Positions 1 through 9,485 of a stretch of 38,848 bases of DNA are shown here, piece after piece. The first letter of the stretch is position 1. The number at the start of each line of letters is the position of its first letter. The notes under the pieces are model-generated. The model had not been told where the DNA came from and ran no database searches. It saw nothing but the letters and a program-made list of their open reading frames with translations. This DNA is from Planctomycetota bacterium (GTDB lineage: Bacteria > Planctomycetota > SZUA-567 > H5-PLA8), in contig JBBRPR010000076.1 in the NCBI GenBank assembly GCA_038227875.1, forward strand, positions 1 to 38,848, given 5' to 3'. Position numbers and translations under genes: made by a program.

Positions 1-1
1 A

Positions 2-1627
2 TCTGTCTATTTGGAAGGGCCGCTTGATCTAAAGAGTAAACCGAGCATAGCGGTTCGCGGTATCCACTTGAACGGATGGCCGTTGAACTATCCGTACGCC
101 TTTCGTTCCTGGAAAGAGGCGGATTGGAAGCGCTTCGTCGACATTGCCTGGACTCAACGTGTCAACCTGCTGTACCTGTGGCCTTTTATGGAAATTATTC
201 CGGTCCCACTTTCAGTGGATGACCGCGCCTATTTGGAAGAAGTGCAGCGCGTCGTGGACTACGCCAAGAACAAGCGCGGAATGGAAGTGTGGATCATGCA
301 GTCGGCGAATCGTATCGCGACCTCAGATTGCGGCATTCGCGATCCTCGGTTCCGAACGTACTGGGTAAATAACTGCCAGAAGGACATGAACCCGGCCGAC
401 CCAGCGCAATTCGAGAGGATTTTGAAATCATTTGACGCCTTTTACAGCCTCGTAAACAATGCGGACGGTTTTTGCATGATCGACTCTGATCCCGGCGGTT
501 GGCCCCAAAGCCCTCTAAGCGAGCAGGTGAAAATCTTTAAAGCCGCAAGAAAGCTTCTCGACCAGCATAGCTTGAGCGGTTCGCGAACCAAGCTCGTGAA
601 CTGGATGTGGCTGGGCTGGGGCCGCCACAAATTCTTCACTTCGGACGATGCGGTCGTAGCGGCATACGACTGGACCGAAAAGAATCCAGACGAAGATGAC
701 GTAGCGTTCATGGAAAAGACGATACGGAATTTTAAACAAAACTTGGCAGAACCGTGGGAGCTAATCTCAGGGATGCCGAAATATCTGGAAGCCGCCAAGA
801 GCGAGTCTGCACTAAATAAGACCGTCTACCTTCCGTACGGCGCTATTGAAAGCGAGCCGGCATTTCCTCTAACAAATTTAGGATTAGAATCTGTCAGTAA
901 GGTGTTCGAAAAAGCTGCGGAATATCCGGAACTCCGCGGCGTGATGGGGAATAACCAGCTCATGTTGCTACAGTTTCCGCGGACGTATTATTTTTACGCC
1001 ACCGCATGGAATTCCGCATATCGAACGCGCAAGCAAGAGGACATGCTTCGGGATCTTGGCGATCAACTCTATCCTGATAACAAGGACTTGATCGCAGAAG
1101 CATTTCTGGAGCTTCGCGACACAGAGCCTAAAAAAATCTCTGCCACGCTAGATCGGGTTAATAAGCTAATAAGCGATGGCGACGCGGGGCACGCTGGGCC
1201 GTTGGGCCGCTATCTCTTTCCCGATCATCTTTCAGTGGTTAGGAACCTAAAGCTCCAGCTCGAGATTAGACTGGCGCGCCAGGCACTTCTGAAAGGTGTC
1301 CGAAATAAAAGTGGGGTGCAAGAGGCCTCCAAGCTTGTAGAAGATTATTTCGATAAGTTACTTGGCTGGAACAAAGAAACCGGCTGGGACAAGATGATCG
1401 ATATAACAATTTGGACGGCGCCGATATACGAGTCGGACAAAGAATTCGTCGAAGCAATGTCGGGTCTAAAGAAGATTATTGGGCAGGATGCTCCCTACAC
1501 CAGCTATGCACAAATCGACGCCTTTTTTGATGCCAACAGTCGAACTCTCCTGAGGAAGTACGGGCAGAGTTCCGTGATGATTGGATGCATCGAACCGATG
1601 AAGCTCACTATCATCCAAGGGCAATAG
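2..1627 (+). CDS. Putative glycoside hydrolase-like (GH20/GH67-like TIM barrel) protein, 5' end outside window
   Basis: Frame is open to the left edge (tct gtc tat ttg...). KPSIAVRGIHLNG resembles the P-x-x-x-x-RG-x-HL entry into GH20-type barrels, and there is an acidic IDSDPGG motif. Family not firmly assignable. Confidence 0.5.
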   Translation, partial: SVYLEGPLDLKSKPSIAVRGIHLNGWPLNYPYAFRSWKEADWKRFVDIAWTQRVNLLYLWPFMEIIPVPLSVDDRAYLEEVQRVVDYAKNKRGMEVWIMQSANRIATSDCGIRDPRFRTYWVNNCQKDMNPADPAQFERILKSFDAFYSLVNNADGFCMIDSDPGGWPQSPLSEQVKIFKAARKLLDQHSLSGSRTKLVNWMWLGWGRHKFFTSDDAVVAAYDWTEKNPDEDDVAFMEKTIRNFKQNLAEPWELISGMPKYLEAAKSESALNKTVYLPYGAIESEPAFPLTNLGLESVSKVFEKAAEYPELRGVMGNNQLMLLQFPRTYYFYATAWNSAYRTRKQEDMLRDLGDQLYPDNKDLIAEAFLELRDTEPKKISATLDRVNKLISDGDAGHAGPLGRYLFPDHLSVVRNLKLQLEIRLARQALLKGVRNKSGVQEASKLVEDYFDKLLGWNKETGWDKMIDITIWTAPIYESDKEFVEAMSGLKKIIGQDAPYTSYAQIDAFFDANSRTLLRKYGQSSVMIGCIEPMKLTIIQGQ

Positions 1628-1667
1628 GATCGGGGAAAACGCGATAGTCGCAGTAACCAAATACCGT

Positions 1668-2885
1668 ATGAAATCGCAAACGTCGATGTTCTGTAAGCGC
1701 GCTTCCTGGCGCGGCCGCGCTGCTTATGTTCTAGGAAATGGAATAATTCGCCTTGTAACACTGACGGGCGGTGGGCACATTGCAGATCTCCATATGGAAC
1801 AGACTCCGACAGCATCGAGTGTCAATCCTCTATGGAATCCTCCTTGGCCAACGATAGAACCCTACAAGTATCGTGAGAAAAAACATGCGCGAGCATATGG
1901 AACTATCGCAGAAGGAAAACTCCTCTCGGGATTAACGGGCCACAACATTTGTCTGGACTACTTTGGTTCACCGTCAACTGAAGAGGCGCGAGAAGGACTT
2001 TCCCAACACGGAGAAGCTGCTTCGTCCAAATGGCAAAAGAGCCGCATCTCAACGAACAAACAAAAGTGTGGCCTAACGCTGTCGGTCCGGCTTCCAGTTT
2101 CCGGCCTTAGATTTCGTCGGAAAATTGAGTTGAGAAAGAATGAGTCGGTTGCCTACTTTTCAGAGACGGTTCGCAACGAACGAAAGGCAGACCACTTCTT
2201 CCATTGGGCTCAACATGTGACCTTAGGATTGCCGTTCCTTTCGAGCCGCGACGCCGTGATTTCGATTCCAGGTACCAAAGGTTTTACCTACCCTCATGGT
2301 TACGATGAAGGTAAGGCCTTGCTTTCCTCGGGACAAGAGTTTCGTTGGCCTAACGCGCCATTGCGAAAAGGCGGAAGTATTGACTTGACGCACCCTTTCT
2401 TGGGCAAAGGGCTGGGGTTTGTTGCAACCGTACTGTTGGACAAGAAAAAACAATTGGGTTTTGTCGCGGCTGTCAATGAGCGAATGAACCTTCTGATCGC
2501 GTATTGCTTTAAGAGGAGTGATTTTCCATGGGTCGCAATTTGGGAGGAGAACTTCGGTATTTCAGCCGCCCCCTGGAAACGGCGAACTCAAGCCCGCGGA
2601 TTGGAATTCAGCACGACCCCCTTACCCCTCCACCGACGGGAATCATTCACAACGGACAGACTTTTTGGCGAACCGAACTTAACACTTGTTCCTGCGAGGG
2701 AAGAAAAAACTGTCCGATACGTTGCGCTTCTTGCTGAAGTTCCCGACAACTTCGGCAACGTGAGGGACATACAGTTTGCAAAAGACGAGATTTGGCTTCA
2801 CGGAAGTTCGAAAAAAAAGTTAATTCGCGTTGCGGCTACTGGCTTGAAAGAATTCTTTGGGCAAGTCGTGCCGAATCTTCGTTAG
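1668..2885 (+). CDS. Galactose mutarotase/aldose 1-epimerase-like protein
   Basis: 405-aa ORF with LGNGIIRLVTLTGGGHIA, QHGEA, FFHWAQHVTLG and ARGLEF segments typical of mutarotase-fold proteins; 40 bp downstream of the previous gene. Confidence 0.6.
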   Translation: MKSQTSMFCKRASWRGRAAYVLGNGIIRLVTLTGGGHIADLHMEQTPTASSVNPLWNPPWPTIEPYKYREKKHARAYGTIAEGKLLSGLTGHNICLDYFGSPSTEEAREGLSQHGEAASSKWQKSRISTNKQKCGLTLSVRLPVSGLRFRRKIELRKNESVAYFSETVRNERKADHFFHWAQHVTLGLPFLSSRDAVISIPGTKGFTYPHGYDEGKALLSSGQEFRWPNAPLRKGGSIDLTHPFLGKGLGFVATVLLDKKKQLGFVAAVNERMNLLIAYCFKRSDFPWVAIWEENFGISAAPWKRRTQARGLEFSTTPLPLHRRESFTTDRLFGEPNLTLVPAREEKTVRYVALLAEVPDNFGNVRDIQFAKDEIWLHGSSKKKLIRVAATGLKEFFGQVVPNLR

Positions 2886-2959
2886 AACATTCAGATTGCC
2901 TTTCCCAGCAACACGACCACGTCTTGGGGCTTCAGGCCCACCTCGTCAGTATATATCTG

Positions 2960-2987
2960 CCATTTGCTATTCGCGAATAGCAAATGG
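2960..2987. repeat. Perfect 28-bp palindrome CCATTTGCTATTCGCGAATAGCAAATGG
   Basis: Sequence equals its own reverse complement with no spacer; lies between convergent genes. Confidence 0.95.
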
Positions 2988-3201
2988 TAAGGACAGTTAT
3001 TTCTGTACCTTATTAAGGATAGAGGCGCCCTGAGGATTGTCAAATGGATCAGTTCTAGCGTTATCCCGACCTAGCCAAGTTCGGCGCTGGATTCGGTCTG
3101 CTAAATACATCCCTATCGTCGAGTCAAACAACCAACGTTTCAGTTGCTCTTTCATATCTTCCTCTTAGAACGCGGGCCAAACCATGCCCATTCCCGCTCG
3201 C

Positions 3202-3648
3202 TCAGAAAGGGACGGCCGAGTCTGGCGGAAGATCGAGATACATTTGGGTCAACTTGTCCACCGTACTCGCATTCATGGCGACAAGATCAGCTGTAATTTC
3301 ATCTCGTCGATCAAGAATCGATTGTAAGCGTTCGCGGACTTGCGAATCGGTTGCTTCGCTGGCCGACCGGCGTAGATCGTCAAAGAATTGTGTTGCTTGC
3401 TCGCGCGCCTTTCCGACATTTCCGTGCTTCACCTCGATGAACATATTCGCAAGCTCATCTCGTAGCTTCGCTGATTTCAACGACCGTCGCAAAGACAACA
3501 GTTGGACTTGGTCGGCAGCAACGTTCGCGTCCAATGCACTTGCCCGTTTCTGTAGTTCGACTTTTTTCTTGTATAGATAGAAATTGGCGACGACAGAACA
3601 ACCGCCGAATACGATGAGTAACAGCACCAGTTTTTTGATCGAGGCCAT
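3202..3648 (-). CDS. Hypothetical membrane-anchored helical/coiled-coil protein (148 aa)
   Basis: ATG at 3648 preceded by AAGGAG; N-terminal hydrophobic helix (LVLLLIVFGGCSVVANFYLY) followed by a coiled-coil-like sequence. Confidence 0.7.
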   Translation of the reverse strand: MASIKKLVLLLIVFGGCSVVANFYLYKKKVELQKRASALDANVAADQVQLLSLRRSLKSAKLRDELANMFIEVKHGNVGKAREQATQFFDDLRRSASEATDSQVRERLQSILDRRDEITADLVAMNASTVDKLTQMYLDLPPDSAVPF

Positions 3649-3938
3649 ATTCTCTTTCTCCTTGCTACCGCACTCCGTTGACGCAAATCCTGGCCTGTAC
3701 CGAGTTCCGAAAGACACGCCCGTAGTCTCTGATAATGAACGCAACGGTACTCTGCTTACGAAATAAAGTCCAAAGTGTTTTACTTCACATCAGGACAAAA
3801 GCTCGCGCAAACGGAACTGTTGGCCTATCCGTTCACATGGACATGCGAAAAGTGCTGAAGGTCACGCGACGGATACTTCACACCATGTGTTATGATCAGG
3901 CGTTCGCGAATCGCCGTGCATACGAAAAGGGGGTAGTG

Positions 3939-4640
3939 ATGAGATGGATGGCAACTTTTCTCACCCTAACCATGACTGTAACGCCTTTGATGGCGGATGA
4001 TAATAGTAAGGAAAAGGATCGTCTTCTAAACTGCGGTACAGTGATGCGCGAAATTCTAAATGTTCCCGACGACATTCCTCAGGATTTGTTGGCCAAAGCC
4101 GAATGCGTGATTGTGTATCCGTCCGTCCTGAAAGCGGCATTTATTGTGGGGGGCAGCTATGGTCGCGGAGCGATGGCATGCCGCACAGGAACAAATTTTA
4201 CCGGGCCGTGGAGCGCTCCTTCGATGATGGCTCTTGAAGGTGGTAGTTTTGGCTTCCAGATCGGCGGACAGGCGACCGACTTCGTATTGCTGGTAATGAA
4301 TGACCGAGGGGCGCACTCGATCTTGAATAGCAAAGTTAAACTCGGAGCAGATGCTGCGGTTGCGGCTGGGCCCAAAGGGCGAAATTTACAAGCCAATACC
4401 GACGCCTCTTTACGTGCTGAGGTGCTGACGTACTCGCGCTCTCGGGGCTTGTTCGCAGGCGTGTCGCTGGAAGGATCTACAGTACGCCCGGACGATGATG
4501 CGAACGAACGCATTTACGGTAAAAAACTTTCAGCAGAGGACATCATTTTTAAAGGCGTGGTTCGAGTCCCCCGTGCCGGCAACAGATTGATCTCGACGTT
4601 AAACAAATACGCCAGAAAGAATATGTCCGAGAGCAAGTAA
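3939..4640 (+). CDS. Ysc84/SYLF lipid-binding domain protein, exported
   Basis: IPQDLLAKAECVIVYP, GGSYGRG, GGSFGFQIGGQATD and YSRSRGLFAGVSLEG are SYLF hallmarks; start moved to ATG 3939 (AAGGGGG upstream, signal peptide follows). Confidence 0.92.
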   Translation: MRWMATFLTLTMTVTPLMADDNSKEKDRLLNCGTVMREILNVPDDIPQDLLAKAECVIVYPSVLKAAFIVGGSYGRGAMACRTGTNFTGPWSAPSMMALEGGSFGFQIGGQATDFVLLVMNDRGAHSILNSKVKLGADAAVAAGPKGRNLQANTDASLRAEVLTYSRSRGLFAGVSLEGSTVRPDDDANERIYGKKLSAEDIIFKGVVRVPRAGNRLISTLNKYARKNMSESK

Positions 4641-5177
4641 CGAAGACTGTTCATACCCACGGGAACTCCCGACGCCAGAAGCTTGGCCGCCAATATGGCG
4701 CGGTAACCGCACGATGTGGGGTTCAATGCGTTAGTCGCCATCAAACCTAAGGTGCCACATGTGAGTGGCGGTAGATCGCAGTCCTCCTGACCCATTTGAA
4801 GCGGCCCCCCAGAGTTTGATCGGAACTAAGAGCGAGTGTCGAGGTTCTTGGCCACCTCACCTCAAAGATGCGCGATACACAATAGCGCTGCCGATGATGA
4901 ACTTCCAATTGAATACAGTGCCGTCCCTGCTCTTCGGTGTCGTTGAAATTGCTCTAAACCGCTGGACGTCACGGCAGAGGCTGCGAGTTTGAGTCTCTTC
5001 CTCCGGTCAGCTCTTTCTAAACGAGTTATCGGGCTTGAGACCGAAAACTCCAACCCACAACTCAAATCTACTTCACTGTTGCGGTTAGCCCCAAGACGGT
5101 AAGAAATCACCCTGTGGGCCGGTGTTTCATTGCTGTCCTCCTGTGTATGAGATCGAGCGTCGTGATATAAAACTCTC

Positions 5178-5430
5178 TCACTTCTCTTGGACTAACAAAT
5201 CAGGCTGGTCAATTTCGCTCGGTTCCAGCGCGGTGGCCAATTGCTGGCTGTCATTGATTCCGTTCGCCATAATCCACTTGTCTGCTTTCCGTCGAGCCTC
5301 TTCACGAGTAGCGCAAATTCCCAACGGGATATTTCTTTTCTTTCGTTCGAACTGTCCGGGGATGTCCAAATAGATGCGCAGGTAACCCGGTCTGTCCGGT
5401 ACCCACCCGTCTGTCTGTCGCATCGCCTCT
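5178..5430 (-). pseudogene. N-terminal fragment of a tyrosine integrase-like protein
   Basis: GYLRIYLDIPGQFERKKRNIPLGIC...EARRKADKWI resembles arm-binding N-termini of acidobacterial phage-type integrases; no catalytic domain follows; adjacent to a tRNA-like fragment. Confidence 0.5.
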
Positions 5431-5645
5431 TGATACACAGTTCCATCCTGTCCAGTCCTAGCGTTCATGCTACCAATCTTTGCGGCTAACGCTTGGAGTC
5501 TACGGACACGTTGTAGGTGACGCTCAAAGACGTGCCGTTGAATCTCACGCGGAACGTATCGAAGCAGGCGGGAATTATTTCAATTGGAGCCGACTCCACT
5601 TATTGGAGCCAACTAATCCGTAAGTGGCGTGGGTGCAATAAATTC

Positions 5646-5667
5646 GGTAGGGCGGTGGGGATCGAAC
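5646..5667 (-). other. tRNA 3'-end-like fragment (att core remnant)
   Basis: Minus strand reads GTTCGATCCCCACCGCCCTACC (T-loop plus acceptor-like 3' strand) with no 5' tRNA half. Confidence 0.5.
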
Positions 5668-5854
5668 TAAAAGCGACGCTGGCACTATGTAAGTTATTGA
5701 ATCTACTAAACGCACGAATAACCGAAATCGCTTAATTCGCAGGTACATGTCGGCTTCGCGTTTGTCACGACGAAAAGTAGGTACCCCAACGGACATAGCG
5801 GGAGCACCCTCGCCCGTTGCGCCGTACATTTTTCCTCAAGGTCTTGGATGACGG

Positions 5855-8131
5855 TTATTGCTGCGCGTCGACGACGCAACGGAAACCGATGGTGCCAGAG
5901 CGATCACGACTTGGCGCCATGAGTAGAAGTTTCTGGTGCTCGTCGAGACGGTACGTCTGCGGGAAATACCAGACAGATCCATGTGGTTGGTAGGCGGCAC
6001 CGCCGCGCAGGATCGCGGCGCGAGTGTGCGGGTCCTGAAATTCCTCGGTCCATTGCGAGACGTTCCCGTCCATGTCGAGGACCCCGAACGGGCTGGCTCC
6101 CTTGGGATGTGCGATCACGTCGGAGAGCGGCGCACGAGTCGGGCCGCGATCGGAAGCGGGAACCGCCGCTGCCTCCCAGGAGTTCCCCCAAGGATAGAGA
6201 CGAGCATCGTTGGATTGCGCCGCGTACTGCCATTCCCATTCATGCGGCAAACGCTTGCCGGCCCATGCGGCGTAGGTACGAGCGTCTTCAAGTGATACCC
6301 AGGTGACCGGTTTGTTGTCCCAACCGTGCGGGTAGGCCCCGTTCTGCCAATCACGCAGAAAATTGTGATCGTCGGCCGGTTCGTAGCGAGTCGCGTCGAG
6401 AAATTTCTTAAATTGCGCGTTGGTGACGGGCGTTCGATCTATAAAAAGTTTGTCAATGTGTACGCGATGATGATGCGTGCGGCGCGGAGTGTCTTCCCAA
6501 GGATATTGGACGTCAACGCCGGGATCATTGCCGCCTTCGATTTCGATGCCGCGAACGGAGAAGTCAAAATCGGCGCCGGGAATCGCCAGCATTCCTTCCG
6601 GCGTGAGGGCAGCGAACTTCGTGTGCGCGATCTCAACCATGGTCTGCGGACTCGCAGCGAAAGCTTTTGAGTAGGAACGAAGAGGTTGCCTGGAGCGCTC
6701 GGCCATGAAGGAGAGAAGTTCGGTGAGATTTACAGACTGCGGATCGGTGGTGGCGAGAACGGCGCCGAAACCGAGGCCGTCCAAACGGAACGAGAGTGTG
6801 GCGCGCTCACCGCTGATGACGGGCTGAAGTTCCTCACCATGCCAGAGATCGAAATAGTGAACACCGGCTTTGTGCGGAATGCGGAGTTGTTCGCCGGTGA
6901 CGTCGAATTCGTTGCGATTAACGACGGTCCAGAGTACCCGGGACGGAAGAGGAAACTCGCTGGCGAAGACGCCCGATTGCAAAGCGGAGGGTGAGTGCGG
7001 GCGCCAATTGGCGCTGGAAAGGTTTTCCGCGAAGGCGCGTTCGATGCGCGTGAAGCGCAGCATGGCCTCGGCGTCGCGTGAATTCATGGGATACCAGAAG
7101 CCCCACAGATTTTCTAGAACGGCGTAGCCCTCGCCATTGAAGAAAGCGTGCTGGAGGCTGTCCGTCTTGTCTCGCGTGAAGCGGTCGGTGACGTGGACCA
7201 TGTGGCGCGGTTCGAACCAGCGCGAACGGCTGACCATAGGCGTGACGGGATACTGAACGTCATCCCACGTGACCCAATCATTCCAACCCAGAGTGCTCCA
7301 AGCGATGGATTCGTCGCGAATTTCAAACTGGGGTTCGAATACGAGCGGATGCTTTTCCGCGGCGGCCGTGTCGCGAAAAACGACAGGAACAGATTCGAGC
7401 GTGTCGAAGTTGATGCCATCCGCGCCGATTTGTTTGAGTAGATTGACTAAGGCTACGTCGGGCGTGCTGGATTCGGGCCGGCTACCGGAATCCCAAGCAA
7501 GGATTGGAAAAAGAACTTTCACATTGTGGCGATGAAAGTCGGACACGAGTTTTTGCAGGCCCGGGATTCCGCCGGGAAGATCGCGTAGCAGGTCGAACTG
7601 GTTACGATCGTCCACGCCGATGTTGGGATAGACATGCCAGAGAAGGACGATATCAATTGGCCCGATGCGCTTTTCGGTTTCGTCGAGAAATTTGTCTACC
7701 GTGTATTCGCGTTTTTCCGGATCGTAGATCGAGCGATCCCAGACCAGTAGCTGAACTTGTGAAACGGACTTGCGGGCCCATGCAAGTTCTGGACGCTCGT
7801 ATTCGGACCCATCGTAGCGGAGATTCTGTGAGCGATTGGCGCGCCAACGTTCCAAATCGGCCAGCCACGTGTCGGATGCGGAAGGATCGGCGGGTCCGGG
7901 AAAGAAAACCTCGGAAGGCGACGGTGGGGTGGTGAGCGTGGCGACTCCGCCGGGGACGATGAGGCCGTGGCGAGCCTTCCACTCATCCGACTGCGTGATT
8001 GCGGGAACGGTGAGAGCCGCTAGCAGCACGGCGGCAAACCGTTGAAACGTTATGCGTTGAAAGACCTGGCGTGAAATCAAGAATACACCCGAACAGGAAA
8101 ATGAAAGCGCAAGGGACTGTAGTGCGTTCAT
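5855..8131 (-). CDS. Exported protein with N-terminal GH-like barrel and C-terminal FGE-sulfatase (SUMF1) fold domain
   Basis: C-terminal FGE-fold motifs IDRTPVTNAQF, PVTWVSLEDARTYAAWAGKRLPHEWEWQYAA, YPWG, DMDGNVSQW and IGFRCV; signal-like segment FAAVLLAALTVPA. Exact start uncertain. Confidence 0.85.
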   Translation of the reverse strand: MNALQSLALSFSCSGVFLISRQVFQRITFQRFAAVLLAALTVPAITQSDEWKARHGLIVPGGVATLTTPPSPSEVFFPGPADPSASDTWLADLERWRANRSQNLRYDGSEYERPELAWARKSVSQVQLLVWDRSIYDPEKREYTVDKFLDETEKRIGPIDIVLLWHVYPNIGVDDRNQFDLLRDLPGGIPGLQKLVSDFHRHNVKVLFPILAWDSGSRPESSTPDVALVNLLKQIGADGINFDTLESVPVVFRDTAAAEKHPLVFEPQFEIRDESIAWSTLGWNDWVTWDDVQYPVTPMVSRSRWFEPRHMVHVTDRFTRDKTDSLQHAFFNGEGYAVLENLWGFWYPMNSRDAEAMLRFTRIERAFAENLSSANWRPHSPSALQSGVFASEFPLPSRVLWTVVNRNEFDVTGEQLRIPHKAGVHYFDLWHGEELQPVISGERATLSFRLDGLGFGAVLATTDPQSVNLTELLSFMAERSRQPLRSYSKAFAASPQTMVEIAHTKFAALTPEGMLAIPGADFDFSVRGIEIEGGNDPGVDVQYPWEDTPRRTHHHRVHIDKLFIDRTPVTNAQFKKFLDATRYEPADDHNFLRDWQNGAYPHGWDNKPVTWVSLEDARTYAAWAGKRLPHEWEWQYAAQSNDARLYPWGNSWEAAAVPASDRGPTRAPLSDVIAHPKGASPFGVLDMDGNVSQWTEEFQDPHTRAAILRGGAAYQPHGSVWYFPQTYRLDEHQKLLLMAPSRDRSGTIGFRCVVDAQQ

Positions 8132-8282
8132 GGAAGCGAAGTCAATTTGTAGCGGCCAGCGCGTGTGCGGGAGGTGGAAACGTCAGTTCTGTATTGCACT
8201 CTAACTACGTACCGCTCTTATAGCGACACGAGTGTGTAACGTGACGAAGCGCATTAAAATTTTCGTCATGGGGCGATAGATC

Positions 8283-8312
8283 TTGCTCCTGCATTCGGCG
8301 AAGTGCTAAACT
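8283..8312 (+). promoter_or_regulatory. Probable sigma70 promoter of the Qng1-like gene (near-leaderless transcript)
   Basis: TTGCTC (8283-8288), 18 bp, extended -10 TGcTAAACT (8304-8312); ATG is only 10 bp after the -10 and there is no SD. Confidence 0.45.
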
Positions 8313-8322
8313 CCCGCGCGCT

Positions 8323-9447
8323 ATGACGACAAAAAACTTGGAACGGCGGCGTTTCTTAAATTATTTGAGGGGAGCGGCAACGGCAGCTACCATCTTTCCC
8401 AGGATTCCCACTGCATCCTGCGGCACGCCATCTAGTGCCAACAAGAATTTGCCTTGGCCAAAATTGAAAGGCAGCCCGGTCCTGGACAGCCTGCACTATG
8501 CGGTCGAGTCTTCACGCGACGTGCAATCTCACTACGACAAGATTGTGGAAGCCGCGTCCTGGATGGCCTACGAAGAGTTGCCCATGCCGGAGTTCGCGCT
8601 GCCATTTGGAGTCGGTGCGGGCGACCGGAACGAAGCGATCGATTTCATCATGGTGGCGGACTCGATCGACACCGCGTTCACAAACTTTGCGAATCACGTA
8701 AAGTTTCAGGTGGATTTTGCAGGCGAGCACTGGTCCGATTCAGACGCGATGTTTGCATGCCTCAAACAGGCGCTGGATAACGGGATTGCGGTGCTGGACG
8801 GGAAGTTCCTGTCCGCGCTGACGCGAAAGCAGTTGGATGAGATTTTCAAAGGAAACATCGCGATGCCGATGCTCGATGAAAAGCTCAAAGTGCTGCAAGA
8901 CGTCGGCAAAGTCTTGGTGGCGAAGTATGACGGGCATTTCCACAATTTCATCAATTCGTGCCCGCCGAAGGCCTATGACAACGGCAAGGGAATCGTGGAC
9001 CGAATGGTGGCCGAGTTTCCGCGCTTCAACGATGTTAGCGATCTGGATGGACACGAGATAAAGTTCTACAAGTTGACGCAGTTGGGCGTATGGATGATGT
9101 ACGCGACGATGCACAAGCAGGGAAAGTTCAAGTTGGAAGACGCGGACAAGATGACCGCGTTTGCAGACTATATCGTGCCGGTGGCGCTGCGGGTAACGGG
9201 AATTATCAGCTATTCGAAAGAACTGGAGCACGCCATCGATACCTACCAGATCGTTCCACGCGATTCGCGTTGGGAGATTGAGATCCGCGCACACACCATT
9301 TACGCGACAGCGATGCTGACGGAAGAAGTCAACAAACTGCGTCCGGCGGATATGCAGATCATCATTCCGCAGATTGACGCGCGTTTTTGGACCCATTACC
9401 ACGCTACGCACTGGCCACACCATCTGACAAAAACAATCATGTACTAG
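8323..9447 (+). CDS. qng1: Queuosine salvage family protein (Qng1/DUF2419-like N-glycosylase/hydrolase), divergent
   Basis: FPRFND, FYKLTQL, TAFADYIVP, LRVTGIISYSKEL, EIEIRA, IDARFW and terminal PHHLTKTIMY align with the DUF2419/Q_salvage pattern. Confidence 0.85.
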   Translation: MTTKNLERRRFLNYLRGAATAATIFPRIPTASCGTPSSANKNLPWPKLKGSPVLDSLHYAVESSRDVQSHYDKIVEAASWMAYEELPMPEFALPFGVGAGDRNEAIDFIMVADSIDTAFTNFANHVKFQVDFAGEHWSDSDAMFACLKQALDNGIAVLDGKFLSALTRKQLDEIFKGNIAMPMLDEKLKVLQDVGKVLVAKYDGHFHNFINSCPPKAYDNGKGIVDRMVAEFPRFNDVSDLDGHEIKFYKLTQLGVWMMYATMHKQGKFKLEDADKMTAFADYIVPVALRVTGIISYSKELEHAIDTYQIVPRDSRWEIEIRAHTIYATAMLTEEVNKLRPADMQIIIPQIDARFWTHYHATHWPHHLTKTIMY

Positions 9448-9485
9448 GCAGTTTTGCGGTTACTGCAAGAAACGGGGGAAATCCG

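Noticed and set aside
4780..4830. IS21-like terminal sequence (TTTGAAGCGGCCCC)
   Set aside because: No partner repeat or transposase remnant seen.
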